64,000 nt of DNA. It comes from Candidatus Hydrogenedentota bacterium (GTDB lineage Bacteria > Hydrogenedentota > Hydrogenedentia > Hydrogenedentales > JAEUWI01). Positions within the stretch are counted from its first letter, which is position 1. Each line of letters begins with the position of its first letter. The stretch spans positions 64,001-128,000 of the forward strand of contig JAXMOL010000015.1 in NCBI GenBank assembly GCA_034669905.1. The letters are read 5' to 3'. Positions 10,232-18,940 of this stretch are shown piece after piece. A program made the translations under genes and the position numbers. The notes below the pieces were generated by a model, which was given only the letters and a program-made list of their open reading frames with translations, did no database searches and was not told the origin of the DNA.

Positions 10232-11527
10232 CTACCTTGAAAGTTTGTTTACGCTATCGAGTGCCTGCGCAGCGCTTCCGACCTGTTGCAACGCATCCAA
10301 TATTTGAAGATTGGTCTGCAACTGACCCGAGTTATCTGAGTTGTAGAGAAGATCGATACGCTCTTTGGTGTAGAACGCATCATAGACCTGGGAATAGAGC
10401 CCCAAGGCCTGGGAAGTTACGCCCATTATCGGGGTGACCACTCCCGTCGAGCGGCTGATAAATTCGGTCAGGTTTACGAGGCGTTTGCGCGGCACGTAAA
10501 CGATATCGCCCGGTTGCATGACAATATCCACACCGGTCTTGAGGATCTTCTTGGCATCAATGAGTTGCACTTCGGTGTTGGTTTCGTCTATTTCACGTAT
10601 CAATACAACCGACTTCATGCGCGCAATGGATTCATTGAAGCCACTGACGGTCGTCAACAACTGAAGCAGCGTCATGCCATCGGTCAGGGGCTGGACGCCC
10701 TGACGGCCGACGGCGCCGAGAACGTATACCAGGTTAATTCCTTCGGGGATGAAAACGATATCATCGGGCAGGACGAGCGTCTGAGAAGTATGGGGGCCAC
10801 CGTCTTCCATTCCCCGGAGATCGTATTCCGTCACAAGGCGCTCTTCGCCTTCGCCACGAATAATGAAGGCCTTAACCAACTGGCCTTGTCCCCCGACAAA
10901 AGAATCTCCACCACGCTGGTTGACCCGCAAACTACCTGCGGATATGATGGCATCCAACAAGGAAATAGGCTTCAGATAGGGGTACTCGCTGGGCCGATTC
11001 ACATCGCCCATGACGGTGTACGTGCGACTCGTCGCCCGTAAGATCTGAAGGCTGACTTCTGCTTCGTAGTACAGCTCCTTGTAGGCATTCTGCACCGCTT
11101 CCGTCGCCTCTTCACGCGTAAGACCGGCCACCTGAATATCGGGAACCCACGGGAGCGATATATAGCCATCGTGTCGAACCTGTACGGCATCGCTGTTCAG
11201 AGACTCATCATCAAAGGAGCGAAACCCCAGGGTGTCCGTCGGCCCGATGCGGTAGCGATCCGTAACGCCCATATCCACCATCTCGGAAATCGGCTCGGTT
11301 CCTTGCTCCGTCGTGTCGGCTTCGGCAACGAGCAGGCCCTCGGGCACATCGTCGGGGCGAACCTCTGCCGTAGGTATGCGCACGACTTCTTCGACAACCG
11401 GATTGGCGGCGCCGGTGGTAACCGCCGGATTGGCACCCTCTTCCATTCCTGTGGTCGTACATCCTGATAACCAGAGCGGTCCCAGTACAGCGGCGATACC
11501 AATTGTCACGTTCAGGCGATTACTCAT
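10232..11527 (-). CDS. wza: Polysaccharide export lipoprotein (Wza-like, Poly_export + SLBB)
   Basis: Lipobox LSGC; YRIGPTDTL and VRHDGYISLPWVPDIQVAGLT; repeated V(M/L)G(D/A)V and LPDDIVFIP / MQPGDIVYVP motifs. Confidence 0.9.
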   Translation of the reverse strand: MSNRLNVTIGIAAVLGPLWLSGCTTTGMEEGANPAVTTGAANPVVEEVVRIPTAEVRPDDVPEGLLVAEADTTEQGTEPISEMVDMGVTDRYRIGPTDTLGFRSFDDESLNSDAVQVRHDGYISLPWVPDIQVAGLTREEATEAVQNAYKELYYEAEVSLQILRATSRTYTVMGDVNRPSEYPYLKPISLLDAIISAGSLRVNQRGGDSFVGGQGQLVKAFIIRGEGEERLVTEYDLRGMEDGGPHTSQTLVLPDDIVFIPEGINLVYVLGAVGRQGVQPLTDGMTLLQLLTTVSGFNESIARMKSVVLIREIDETNTEVQLIDAKKILKTGVDIVMQPGDIVYVPRKRLVNLTEFISRSTGVVTPIMGVTSQALGLYSQVYDAFYTKERIDLLYNSDNSGQLQTNLQILDALQQVGSAAQALDSVNKLSR

Positions 11528-11548
11528 TCCAACCCTTCTCCTGCAAAG

Positions 11549-12604
11549 CTAGTCAAGCTTACCGATGCCGTAGGCTTCGATCCGTCGAAGCAACGAACTG
11601 TAACTTGTACTCAAGAGCTTTGCGGCTTTTCTACGATTCCACAACGTATAATTCAGCGTCTCTTCAATCAGGGCACGCTCCGCCGCCTCGGCCGCACGGC
11701 GGGCAGCCTCCTTGAGCGGGATGAAGGTCCGCTCTTCGGGCTCTTCTCCCCCGTCCACAGGATCGGTGGAAACGACACTCGCCTCCGGAAAGACCACGCC
11801 ACCGGTTGCGTTTTCCTCCGCCAATAATAAACTAACTTGCCCGGTCGTCACATATTTCTTAATTCGGCCTGAGAGCTCGCGAACGTTTCCCGGAAAATTC
11901 ATTTGGCTCAATGCCTGAAGGAGATCGGGGGCCAGAGGCACGTACTCCTTCTTCATCATCTTACACATATTATAATTAAAGTGCTCAGATAGTAAAGAGA
12001 TATCTCCCCGGCGCTCCCGAAGGGGCGGGATTTCCACCACCACTTCCCGGAGCCGAAAAGAAATGTCTTCGCGGAGCCGACCGCTCGCGACCGCCGCATC
12101 CAAATCCAGGTTGGTCGCGGCAATGACCCGTGCATCGGAGTGGACGGGGGTCGTTCCGCCAATTCGGACAATCGGCTCACCGTCAAGGACCTGAAGCAAC
12201 TTCACCTGTACTTGGGGCGCAGTCTCGCAGATTTCGTCCAGGAAGAGGGTGCCTTCATGGGCCATTTCGAAACGGCCGGGCTTGGAGGTATCGGCTCCGG
12301 TAAAGGCCCCGCGTTCGTAGCCAAACAGTTCACTCTCGAGGATATCGGTTGGGATACTGGGGCAGTTCACCTTAATAAAGGCTTTGCCGTAGCGGGGGGA
12401 GCGGCGATGCAACATTTTCGCGACGATGTCTTTACCGGTTCCCGTCTCGCCCCGGACCAACACCGACAGATCAACCTTGGCCAACCGCTCGATCATCTCA
12501 TTTACTTCCCGAATCCTGGGATCATCGCCGATGAGATGTTCGTGCAGGGGCAATTGAACGGACTCGTGTTGCCAGATATCTTGCCGTTGTATGCCGATCA
12601 CCAC
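11549..12604 (-). CDS. sigma54-dependent transcriptional activator (bEBP) lacking an N-terminal sensor/receiver domain
   Basis: Walker A GETGTGKD, ESELFGYERGAFTGA, Walker B LFLDEI, FPGNVREL and a C-terminal Fis-type HTH (WNRRKAAKLL). Only ~22 aa precede the AAA+ domain; GTG start with AAGGAG RBS. Confidence 0.92.
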   Translation of the reverse strand: MVIGIQRQDIWQHESVQLPLHEHLIGDDPRIREVNEMIERLAKVDLSVLVRGETGTGKDIVAKMLHRRSPRYGKAFIKVNCPSIPTDILESELFGYERGAFTGADTSKPGRFEMAHEGTLFLDEICETAPQVQVKLLQVLDGEPIVRIGGTTPVHSDARVIAATNLDLDAAVASGRLREDISFRLREVVVEIPPLRERRGDISLLSEHFNYNMCKMMKKEYVPLAPDLLQALSQMNFPGNVRELSGRIKKYVTTGQVSLLLAEENATGGVVFPEASVVSTDPVDGGEEPEERTFIPLKEAARRAAEAAERALIEETLNYTLWNRRKAAKLLSTSYSSLLRRIEAYGIGKLD

Positions 12605-12694
12605 AAACTCCTTTCCTTCAGACGCTTACCCCACCGTGGGGTTGACGGGCGATCCCACAACCAGGGAACCACTCCTCCTTGCTGAAGACTTAAA

Positions 12695-12710
12695 AGCATC
12701 AAGTGTGCCA
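12695..12710 (-). promoter_or_regulatory. sigma54 (-24/-12) promoter for the bEBP-wza-wzc operon
   Basis: Minus strand TGGCACACTTGATGCT, GG-N10-GC spacing, ~90 nt upstream of the bEBP start. Confidence 0.75.
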
Positions 12711-12845
12711 ACTATTTGTCAGTCGGATTCATTAGGGCGAAATTTTGGGAGGTCATACTATATATAGTAGAATCGCAGAAATTCAGGGGATTCGAGCGCA
12801 AGGTAAAAGGCTCGCTGCTGGCCGACAACTATGCGCTGAGGGACC

Positions 12846-12870
12846 AAAATTGTTCACGATTGACAATTTT
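12846..12870. promoter_or_regulatory. Palindromic candidate upstream activator sequence (UAS)
   Basis: AAAATTGT-N9-ACAATTTT with perfect 8-bp arms (TGT-N9-ACA core), ~135 bp upstream of the minus-strand sigma54 promoter. Confidence 0.6.
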
Positions 12871-13181
12871 TATATCGATATGGGATGAAGTTACGGCCCC
12901 GTTGGATAGCATTATGGCAGATCCCCGGGGACCAGTCAATCGGCAGAACGGTCCCACGGTGCCAAAAAGGACCATCCTGACGTGGCGTAGGGCGTGGTTT
13001 CACGCCGATAGCCACCGTTATACCCCCCCTCGACAAGTAATAGTCAATCCTGATAAACTTCTATGCATGGTACTCGAGCATTTTCATACCACACGGGACA
13101 GCACCCCCGAATACCACCCAAAACAGACCTTAACGGCGGCATATGCGGCGCAGAACACGGGTTTTTCTCAGACTGCCCGTG

Positions 13182-13197
13182 CGGCACAGAACTTGCT
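13182..13197 (+). promoter_or_regulatory. sigma54 (-24/-12) promoter for the degenerate GGDEF gene
   Basis: CGGCACAGAACTTGCT, GG-N10-GC with TTGC, ~48 nt upstream of the RBS-supported GTG at 13245. Confidence 0.75.
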
Positions 13198-13244
13198 CCA
13201 TCAATCCGTGTACGATGAGCATTCATAAGCGCTGGGAGGCCACA

Positions 13245-13637
13245 GTGAAGACGGAATTTACCACGCTGCGACAGCTATTACAATACGAACTCTACGGAGC
13301 CCAACGGCATCGTCGATTTGTATCCATGGTTATGGTAACCACCGAGGAGGGTATCTCGGGGTTGCGTAATTTCCTGGGAAGTCATATCCGGGACAGCGAC
13401 GTTATCGCAGATTTCGACAGTTCTATTGCCGTTCTAATGGGAGAAACGGACAATCAGAGCGCCATGATCGCGGTTGATCGCTACAAAGGCTTCTTCGAGA
13501 GCCAGCTTGATCTTCGTTTTTCGGTCGTCACCTATCCGAGCGATGGGGGGAAGGCAGAGAACCTTATCAAGATGGCCTATCGGCGATTAAGCAAGGCCAA
13601 ACAGGGCGAGGATGGTACGGTCGTGACGACCGGGTGA
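13245..13637 (+). CDS. Stand-alone degenerate GGDEF-fold protein (130 aa) with an intact RxxD I-site; probable c-di-GMP receptor
   Basis: LLQYELYGAQRHRRFVSMVMV...HIRDSDVIADFDSSIAVLMGETD...FSVVTYPSDG...LIKMAYRRLSKAKQ follows the GGDEF pattern. The GG(D/E)EF motif is replaced by DFDSS; RDSD is retained. GGGAGG RBS precedes the GTG. Confidence 0.75.
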   Translation: MKTEFTTLRQLLQYELYGAQRHRRFVSMVMVTTEEGISGLRNFLGSHIRDSDVIADFDSSIAVLMGETDNQSAMIAVDRYKGFFESQLDLRFSVVTYPSDGGKAENLIKMAYRRLSKAKQGEDGTVVTTG

Positions 13638-13780
13638 TCGATGCGCTCGAGCCGCTGTGGTGGGCTACGTCTTGACGGACGTGGTCTTTTTCGTCGTGGA
13701 TGCCCTGCCTGCTTGACTGGGACCCGAAGCGTTGGCGAAGATGGTCCCCCAAAGCTTTCCACCCCATGGAGTTCTATCTC

Positions 13781-14950
13781 GTGTCCGATCCATCCCCTTC
13801 CGCGTCCCCCGCTCCCAAAATGGTATCCGCCCTTGGCCGCCTGGGATTCCTCCTCGTAATTACCCTGGGCCTGTTGGCGGCACTGGAGTTTGGAGCGCGC
13901 ATGCTGAGCACCCCCCAGCGCAACCCCGGACTACACCGCCTTACCCAGGATTACGGCCGGCTCGTGACGCACGGACCCGACTGGATTCGTTTCGTCCCAG
14001 ATGCGGAATTAAGCTATGCCCTGCGACCTGAGTTCTCCCTTGACGCGCGCGACGGCAACGGTCAGACACGCCACAATGCCGCAGGATTTCGTGGCCCGGG
14101 TGAGTTCGGCCCGAAAGAACCCGGGACCCTGCGCATTCTTTGTTTTGGGGGCTCCACGACCTATGGGGTAGGAGTTGGCGCGGATCAAAATACGTACCCC
14201 GCCCAATTGGAGTCGCTCTTGAGCGGACCCGCACGGGAAGCGGGCTGGGACACGGTAGAAGTATTTAATCTGGGCGTTGGTGGCTATACCTCACGTGAAA
14301 TCCTGGGCACGATGGCGCGCATGGTACCCAGGCTGGAGCCCGACGTGATCCTCATTCAGAATGCCATCAACGACGTAATCCCCCGCTTCTACCCGGACTT
14401 TGCCGCCGATTACGGTCATTTCCGCACGCCATTTACCGAACTCAAACTGGACTCGTGGCATCGGCTTGCATACCGGTCCCATTTATGGCTCACCCTGGCC
14501 CAACGTTTCGGATGGGTCAAGCCGCTCTCGCTCCAGAGTCAGACCCAACGCCCCATGCCCGACGTGGATGAGGCCCTTGCCCATCTGGCGGCCAATCCGA
14601 CCACGGCGTTCACCGACAACCTACGTGCCATGATCACCCTGGCGCGGGAAGCCAATGCCCAGCCCTGGCTGCTGACCCAGCCCTATTTTGACAGCCCCCG
14701 GTTTGGCGCGCCTGATGAAGCGTCACGGCGCCTGGAGGGGGGCTATCGGAAGGGTCTTCTGGAGCACACCGCCGCGGTGGAAAGCCTTGCAAAGGAACTT
14801 TCGGTGGGACTCATCCCCCTCGACAAAGAAATGCCGCGTCAACCGACCCTGTTCACCGACCCCATTCATATGAGCGCCCCGGGCAACGCCGTCAAAGCCG
14901 AGCTCATCAGCAAGCACCTGATCCCGGCACTGCCGAAACCCGGACGCTAG
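13781..14950 (+). CDS. Membrane-anchored SGNH/GDSL hydrolase
   Basis: N-terminal TM; block I FGGSTTYG, block II NLGVGGYTS, block III NAIND, block V DPIH. Start uncertain (ORF track gives 13700). Confidence 0.85.
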   Translation: MSDPSPSASPAPKMVSALGRLGFLLVITLGLLAALEFGARMLSTPQRNPGLHRLTQDYGRLVTHGPDWIRFVPDAELSYALRPEFSLDARDGNGQTRHNAAGFRGPGEFGPKEPGTLRILCFGGSTTYGVGVGADQNTYPAQLESLLSGPAREAGWDTVEVFNLGVGGYTSREILGTMARMVPRLEPDVILIQNAINDVIPRFYPDFAADYGHFRTPFTELKLDSWHRLAYRSHLWLTLAQRFGWVKPLSLQSQTQRPMPDVDEALAHLAANPTTAFTDNLRAMITLAREANAQPWLLTQPYFDSPRFGAPDEASRRLEGGYRKGLLEHTAAVESLAKELSVGLIPLDKEMPRQPTLFTDPIHMSAPGNAVKAELISKHLIPALPKPGR

Positions 14951-14953
14951 ACG

Positions 14954-15847
14954 TCAAAGCCCCCATTGCTTTCGAAGTTTTGTGAGCGAAATCTGGGTTT
15001 GCTCTGCCTGCAGGGTGGTCTTCACGAAGGGAGCAGCCGTATGGGCGAGGGCCGCCAGGTACTCCAAATCGAACAAATCGAAGAACTGGTCGGGCTTACT
15101 CTGGAGCACGATAATGCCCACCCGTTTTTCGGGAACCACCATGGGGGCAGCCACCTGCGCTTCCATGACCCCTTCGCTCATTCGCGGCCAGAGCATGCCA
15201 CTCCGTCGAAAGAAGGCGGCTTCGATAATCTTCTTCGGAGCGTCTTCCGGAGCATCCACCACGACCCCATGCCCATCAAAAAAGGTCAGCGAACTGCGTT
15301 CCTCTACACACCGGGCGAGCCAACATTGGGCCGGATTAAAGGTCTCCATCAAGTTGGCGTGGAGAATAATGGCCAGTTCCTGAATGGTTTGCGCTTCACT
15401 GAGCGTTCGGGTCAGTCGGAAGAGCTGGCTCAGGGACTCGACACCCTTGGCCCCCAGGGCGACCAACTCCGGCATTCGGGCCTCGTCCATGAAGATATTT
15501 CGATCCACGGCGATCGAGCGCTGCGCCGAGGTGGGTACGGGCGCTACCTCATCATGGCCTTGTCCTTCATCGATGACAAAGTGGGCCGTACCTACGATAA
15601 CGCGGTCACCCAGGTGTAACAGGGCCGACTTGACGGGATTCCCATTGACCAGGGTCAGGTTGCTGCTTCCCAGATCGTGGAGGTGTAATTCTCCATTGCG
15701 ATTGGCAATCTCGCAATGGCGCCGGGAAACGGTCGGATCACTGACCGTAACGTCACACTGCGTGCTACGTCCCAGGAACAACGACGAGGCACCAATAGGC
15801 CAGGTCTCGCCTTCGGCTCCCCCCTTGGTTCGCCGCAATACAAACAT
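14954..15847 (-). CDS. FHA + GAF domain protein
   Basis: LGRS...VSRRHC...DLGSSNLTLVNG (FHA); VAAPMVVPEKRVGIIVLQS...DLEYLAALA (GAF). No output domain. Confidence 0.85.
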   Translation of the reverse strand: MFVLRRTKGGAEGETWPIGASSLFLGRSTQCDVTVSDPTVSRRHCEIANRNGELHLHDLGSSNLTLVNGNPVKSALLHLGDRVIVGTAHFVIDEGQGHDEVAPVPTSAQRSIAVDRNIFMDEARMPELVALGAKGVESLSQLFRLTRTLSEAQTIQELAIILHANLMETFNPAQCWLARCVEERSSLTFFDGHGVVVDAPEDAPKKIIEAAFFRRSGMLWPRMSEGVMEAQVAAPMVVPEKRVGIIVLQSKPDQFFDLFDLEYLAALAHTAAPFVKTTLQAEQTQISLTKLRKQWGL

Positions 15848-15931
15848 GGTCAATGCTCTACTCCACGCATCCCGGGTTTCCCGTGCTCTGCCATGGCGCA
15901 TCCGGCCACGCCACCCCCTAATCTTACCATG

Positions 15932-16861
15932 TTACGGCGCGGTTCCGGTGGCGATTAGAAGTTTTCCCCGATAGGGCTTGAATCCGAGGTGGATAGTTAT
16001 CTCATCGTCCGGCACCTGCACCCGGATCGGGCGGGCATAGATATATCCATCCTCTTCGACAATCCGCATATCCGACCAGTTCATGCTCACCTGTTCAAAA
16101 TCCCCTTTTTCATGGTAGGCCTGCATGAAGATTCGCATCGCCGTCTTGCCATTGCCTTCGTCGTCTTTGAAGTCATCGGCGAAGACCGTCATGAACATGT
16201 CCACATCACCGCGCTTGAAGGACTCGTTTAGAATGACGAGGACCGAATTGATTTTATCCTCATCCGACATGGACTCGTCGACGATGATTCCTTCGCCAGC
16301 CTCGGGCGCCCAGAACCCCAGAAAATTGCGCATTACGTAGAGGGTGAGGACAAGGAGTAAAACCCCGGCCACAATTGCCATGCCCCGGGCAATCTTTTTC
16401 CAGGGAATGGTGCGGGTAGTGTGCGCTTCAAACAGGGCCTCCGGGAGGGCCGCTTCCTTACCCCGCTCCAGCTGGGCGCGGGCATCGGACAGGACCTGGT
16501 GCACCTGTTTGAGCGAGGTCTGTACCTCGCGCCACGTACGGTTCACCCGACTCTCCGCGTTGGGTGCCGAGTCGGCCATGGAGGAAAGGTTGGTCGCGGT
16601 GGTCAGCATCTTGTTGATCCCCGCACTCAGGCCGAAGCCCCCCTTACGCCATTGGGTCAACACGGGGTAGTCACAGGCAAGCCGCCCCTTGAGGGCGATT
16701 AACTCCCATTCCAATGCTTCTTTATTGGCACCCGGTTGATGATAGCTGCCCATCAATTCCTGCAACCGCGTCCAGTCCTGTGCGATGGCCGCACACTGCT
16801 GTTGATAGGAATTGAGCTCCTCTTCCGAAACTCCGTGCGCCTTTTTCTTTGCCTTGCTCAC
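15932..16861 (-). CDS. Single-pass membrane protein with a helical N-terminal domain and an NTF2/SnoaL-like C-terminal domain
   Basis: TM IARGMAIVAGVLLLVLTLYV; NESFKRGDVDMFMTVFADDFKD resembles the start of a SnoaL fold; RBS AAGGGGAG before GTG 16861. Confidence 0.55.
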   Translation of the reverse strand: MSKAKKKAHGVSEEELNSYQQQCAAIAQDWTRLQELMGSYHQPGANKEALEWELIALKGRLACDYPVLTQWRKGGFGLSAGINKMLTTATNLSSMADSAPNAESRVNRTWREVQTSLKQVHQVLSDARAQLERGKEAALPEALFEAHTTRTIPWKKIARGMAIVAGVLLLVLTLYVMRNFLGFWAPEAGEGIIVDESMSDEDKINSVLVILNESFKRGDVDMFMTVFADDFKDDEGNGKTAMRIFMQAYHEKGDFEQVSMNWSDMRIVEEDGYIYARPIRVQVPDDEITIHLGFKPYRGKLLIATGTAP

Positions 16862-16903
16862 CGACACTCCCCTTCGTAACGCTGACACGTCAGCCACTTG
16901 CAC

Positions 16904-17053
16904 CTAGCCCTCGGGGTCCTCCGTCCCCCTCAAGGTAGCCAGGAGGTGTACGATGTCTCGGGCGCCGAAAATGGTCACCCAAATCGCCAGTATCCCGAAG
17001 GCAATCATGCCCACGATAAAAACCAGTTTCCAAAGTAGTATCCAGAAGTCCAC
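16904..17053 (-). CDS. Small (49 aa) single-TM protein downstream of the SSS symporter
   Basis: Below the ORF-track cutoff. GTG follows the symporter TGA directly, with RBS AAAGGAGG. Translation: MDFWILLWKLVFIVGMIAFGILAIWVTIFGARDIVHLLATLRGTEDPEG. Confidence 0.8.
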   Translation of the reverse strand: MDFWILLWKLVFIVGMIAFGILAIWVTIFGARDIVHLLATLRGTEDPEG

Positions 17054-18637
17054 TCAGGATTCCTCCTTTCCGTGATAGGGGTGCTTGTCGGGTACCAGCA
17101 GGGAACCAACAATCATGCAGATAACCGCCAACGTGACGGTTCCAAGTCCGACCCGCTCGCTACTGAAGGTGACGTGAAAAAGGTCAATACGATCCGCACT
17201 GTATCCCAGCGCACCCAACAGGATTCCCTGCACGGCGGGCAATCCCAATACATTGAGTCCTCCCGCACACAAGGCACAAATGGCGCCAAACCTGCTCGCA
17301 GGCTTCCAATAGAGCCCGGCAGCCAGAAGGGCGAAAGCACCGATAAAGTAGATTCCTCCGGTGACCGCCATGAAGTCCCAGAGGTCGGCCTTGAGGGGAT
17401 AGACGAAACTGATAAAGAGAATAAGCAGGCCGATGGCCACGACGAAGAACCGCGTCAGCAACACCGCGCCCTTATCGGAGAGCTTTTCGCCCAATAGCGG
17501 CTTGGCCACATCGTTGGTGAGCACCGAACTCCAGCAGAGCAGATAGCTGTCGTGGGTGGACATGAATGCGGCGATCATGGCCGCTGTCAGCAGGCCGATA
17601 ATCCCCACGGGAAGAATCTGGCCCAGGAAAACAGGCATGGCATAGAGGGAGTCCAGGGTGGTGGCCCCATCTTCTCCCCCGATGAAAGCCGCCTTGAGTG
17701 CGGGGATGCCCATGATGAACACAAAGGCACAGATACCCCAGAAATAGGGGATGATATTACGAATCGCAAAGGTAATCGAAGAAAACATGAACTGCTTCTT
17801 CACCGACGCTTCCGATTCCGCAGCCAGGGCCCGCGCCACCGCGGTGGGCCACAGGGCGCAGTTGACCAACCCGAGGAAAGCCATCCACATCACGTAATCG
17901 AAGCCGAAGCTACTGCCCTCCGCCACGGGGTTGAAGGCCACTTCCCCCTTCTCCGCAATGATCACGTCGAAGATGTGTCCCCAGCCCAGGTGATAGATTG
18001 CCAGCCCCGTCGCCAGGAAGAGCCCGAAGGATAGGACCACGAATTGGACATAGTCCGTGAGAATCACGGAAACCATCCCGCCCATGACGGTGTAGAACAG
18101 TACCAACCCGAGTAAGACGACCATAACCACGGTCAATGCGGATTCGTTCTGCATCCCGGTGATGCCCACGATGAACATGGAGCCGGCCTTCAAGAACATG
18201 CCCATGTTAAAAATGCCGCCGAAGGCGAGCATGACACCGCCGAAAATCTGGACACCCTTCCCATAACGTCGGCCGTAGTATTCGGGAATCGTGAGCACCT
18301 CTTCACGGCGCAGGCGGGTAACAATAAAGCCGGTCACACCAATAAAGAGTGCCAGGAGGCCGGATATCAGTCCAATATGAAAGGCGGCAAAGCCCCCGGT
18401 GAAGCCTTTCTGGGCACTGTACATCACAGTAACCAGCCCCATCTCCGTGCCGGTCAGGGTGGCGACGCCCAGGGCCGTGCGCACGCCTCGGCCAGCCACG
18501 ATATAGTCGCTGAGGTTACCCACGTAACGGTTGGCGAAGATGCCAATGCCCACGGACAGCACGAGGTAAATCGTGACGACCCCCCAGTCCACGGCAGAAA
18601 AGTTGGTATCGGCGATAACGCTTGTCAATAACTCCAT
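17054..18637 (-). CDS. Sodium:solute symporter (SSS family)
   Basis: DWGVVTIYL, SDYIVAGR, TIPEYYGRRYG, GGMVSVILTDYVQF and AAMIAAFMSTHDS; ATG 18637 with RBS GAAGGAG. Confidence 0.92.
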   Translation of the reverse strand: MELLTSVIADTNFSAVDWGVVTIYLVLSVGIGIFANRYVGNLSDYIVAGRGVRTALGVATLTGTEMGLVTVMYSAQKGFTGGFAAFHIGLISGLLALFIGVTGFIVTRLRREEVLTIPEYYGRRYGKGVQIFGGVMLAFGGIFNMGMFLKAGSMFIVGITGMQNESALTVVMVVLLGLVLFYTVMGGMVSVILTDYVQFVVLSFGLFLATGLAIYHLGWGHIFDVIIAEKGEVAFNPVAEGSSFGFDYVMWMAFLGLVNCALWPTAVARALAAESEASVKKQFMFSSITFAIRNIIPYFWGICAFVFIMGIPALKAAFIGGEDGATTLDSLYAMPVFLGQILPVGIIGLLTAAMIAAFMSTHDSYLLCWSSVLTNDVAKPLLGEKLSDKGAVLLTRFFVVAIGLLILFISFVYPLKADLWDFMAVTGGIYFIGAFALLAAGLYWKPASRFGAICALCAGGLNVLGLPAVQGILLGALGYSADRIDLFHVTFSSERVGLGTVTLAVICMIVGSLLVPDKHPYHGKEES

Positions 18638-18940
18638 GGGGCCGTAATTCTCCTTCCAGCCTGTCTGTTCCCACTCGTCACCTGTTGGACGGACCGGGTC
18701 ACTATGCCGTCTTTTCCCGGGCAATGCAAGATTTCTGTTACGGCAAAGTGAAGGATTGGCTCGCAGAAACTGGACGACCTGCCCAGCCTCCCCTACCAAG
18801 GCATCCGATAGGCGGTTTCCCTACGAGGCGATACCGTGCTACTCGCGCTTTCCTGTGTGCGGTGCTCATGTGACGTGGGCACATCACGGATATTCGCGTT
18901 CGGATGCCCTCCCCTCGGTTGCCATGAGATGGGAACGTTT

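Noticed and set aside
12598..12680. Trp-rich uORF, GGA motifs and an ACCCCAC-N-GTGGGGT palindrome in the bEBP leader
   Set aside because: SD-to-start spacing is poor (0 or 13 nt), there is no link to Trp metabolism, and the evidence for CsrA sites or an operator is too thin.
12716..13228. 170-aa ORF in the divergent promoter region
   Set aside because: It has no RBS or motifs and overlaps the sigma54 promoter and UAS; treated as non-coding.
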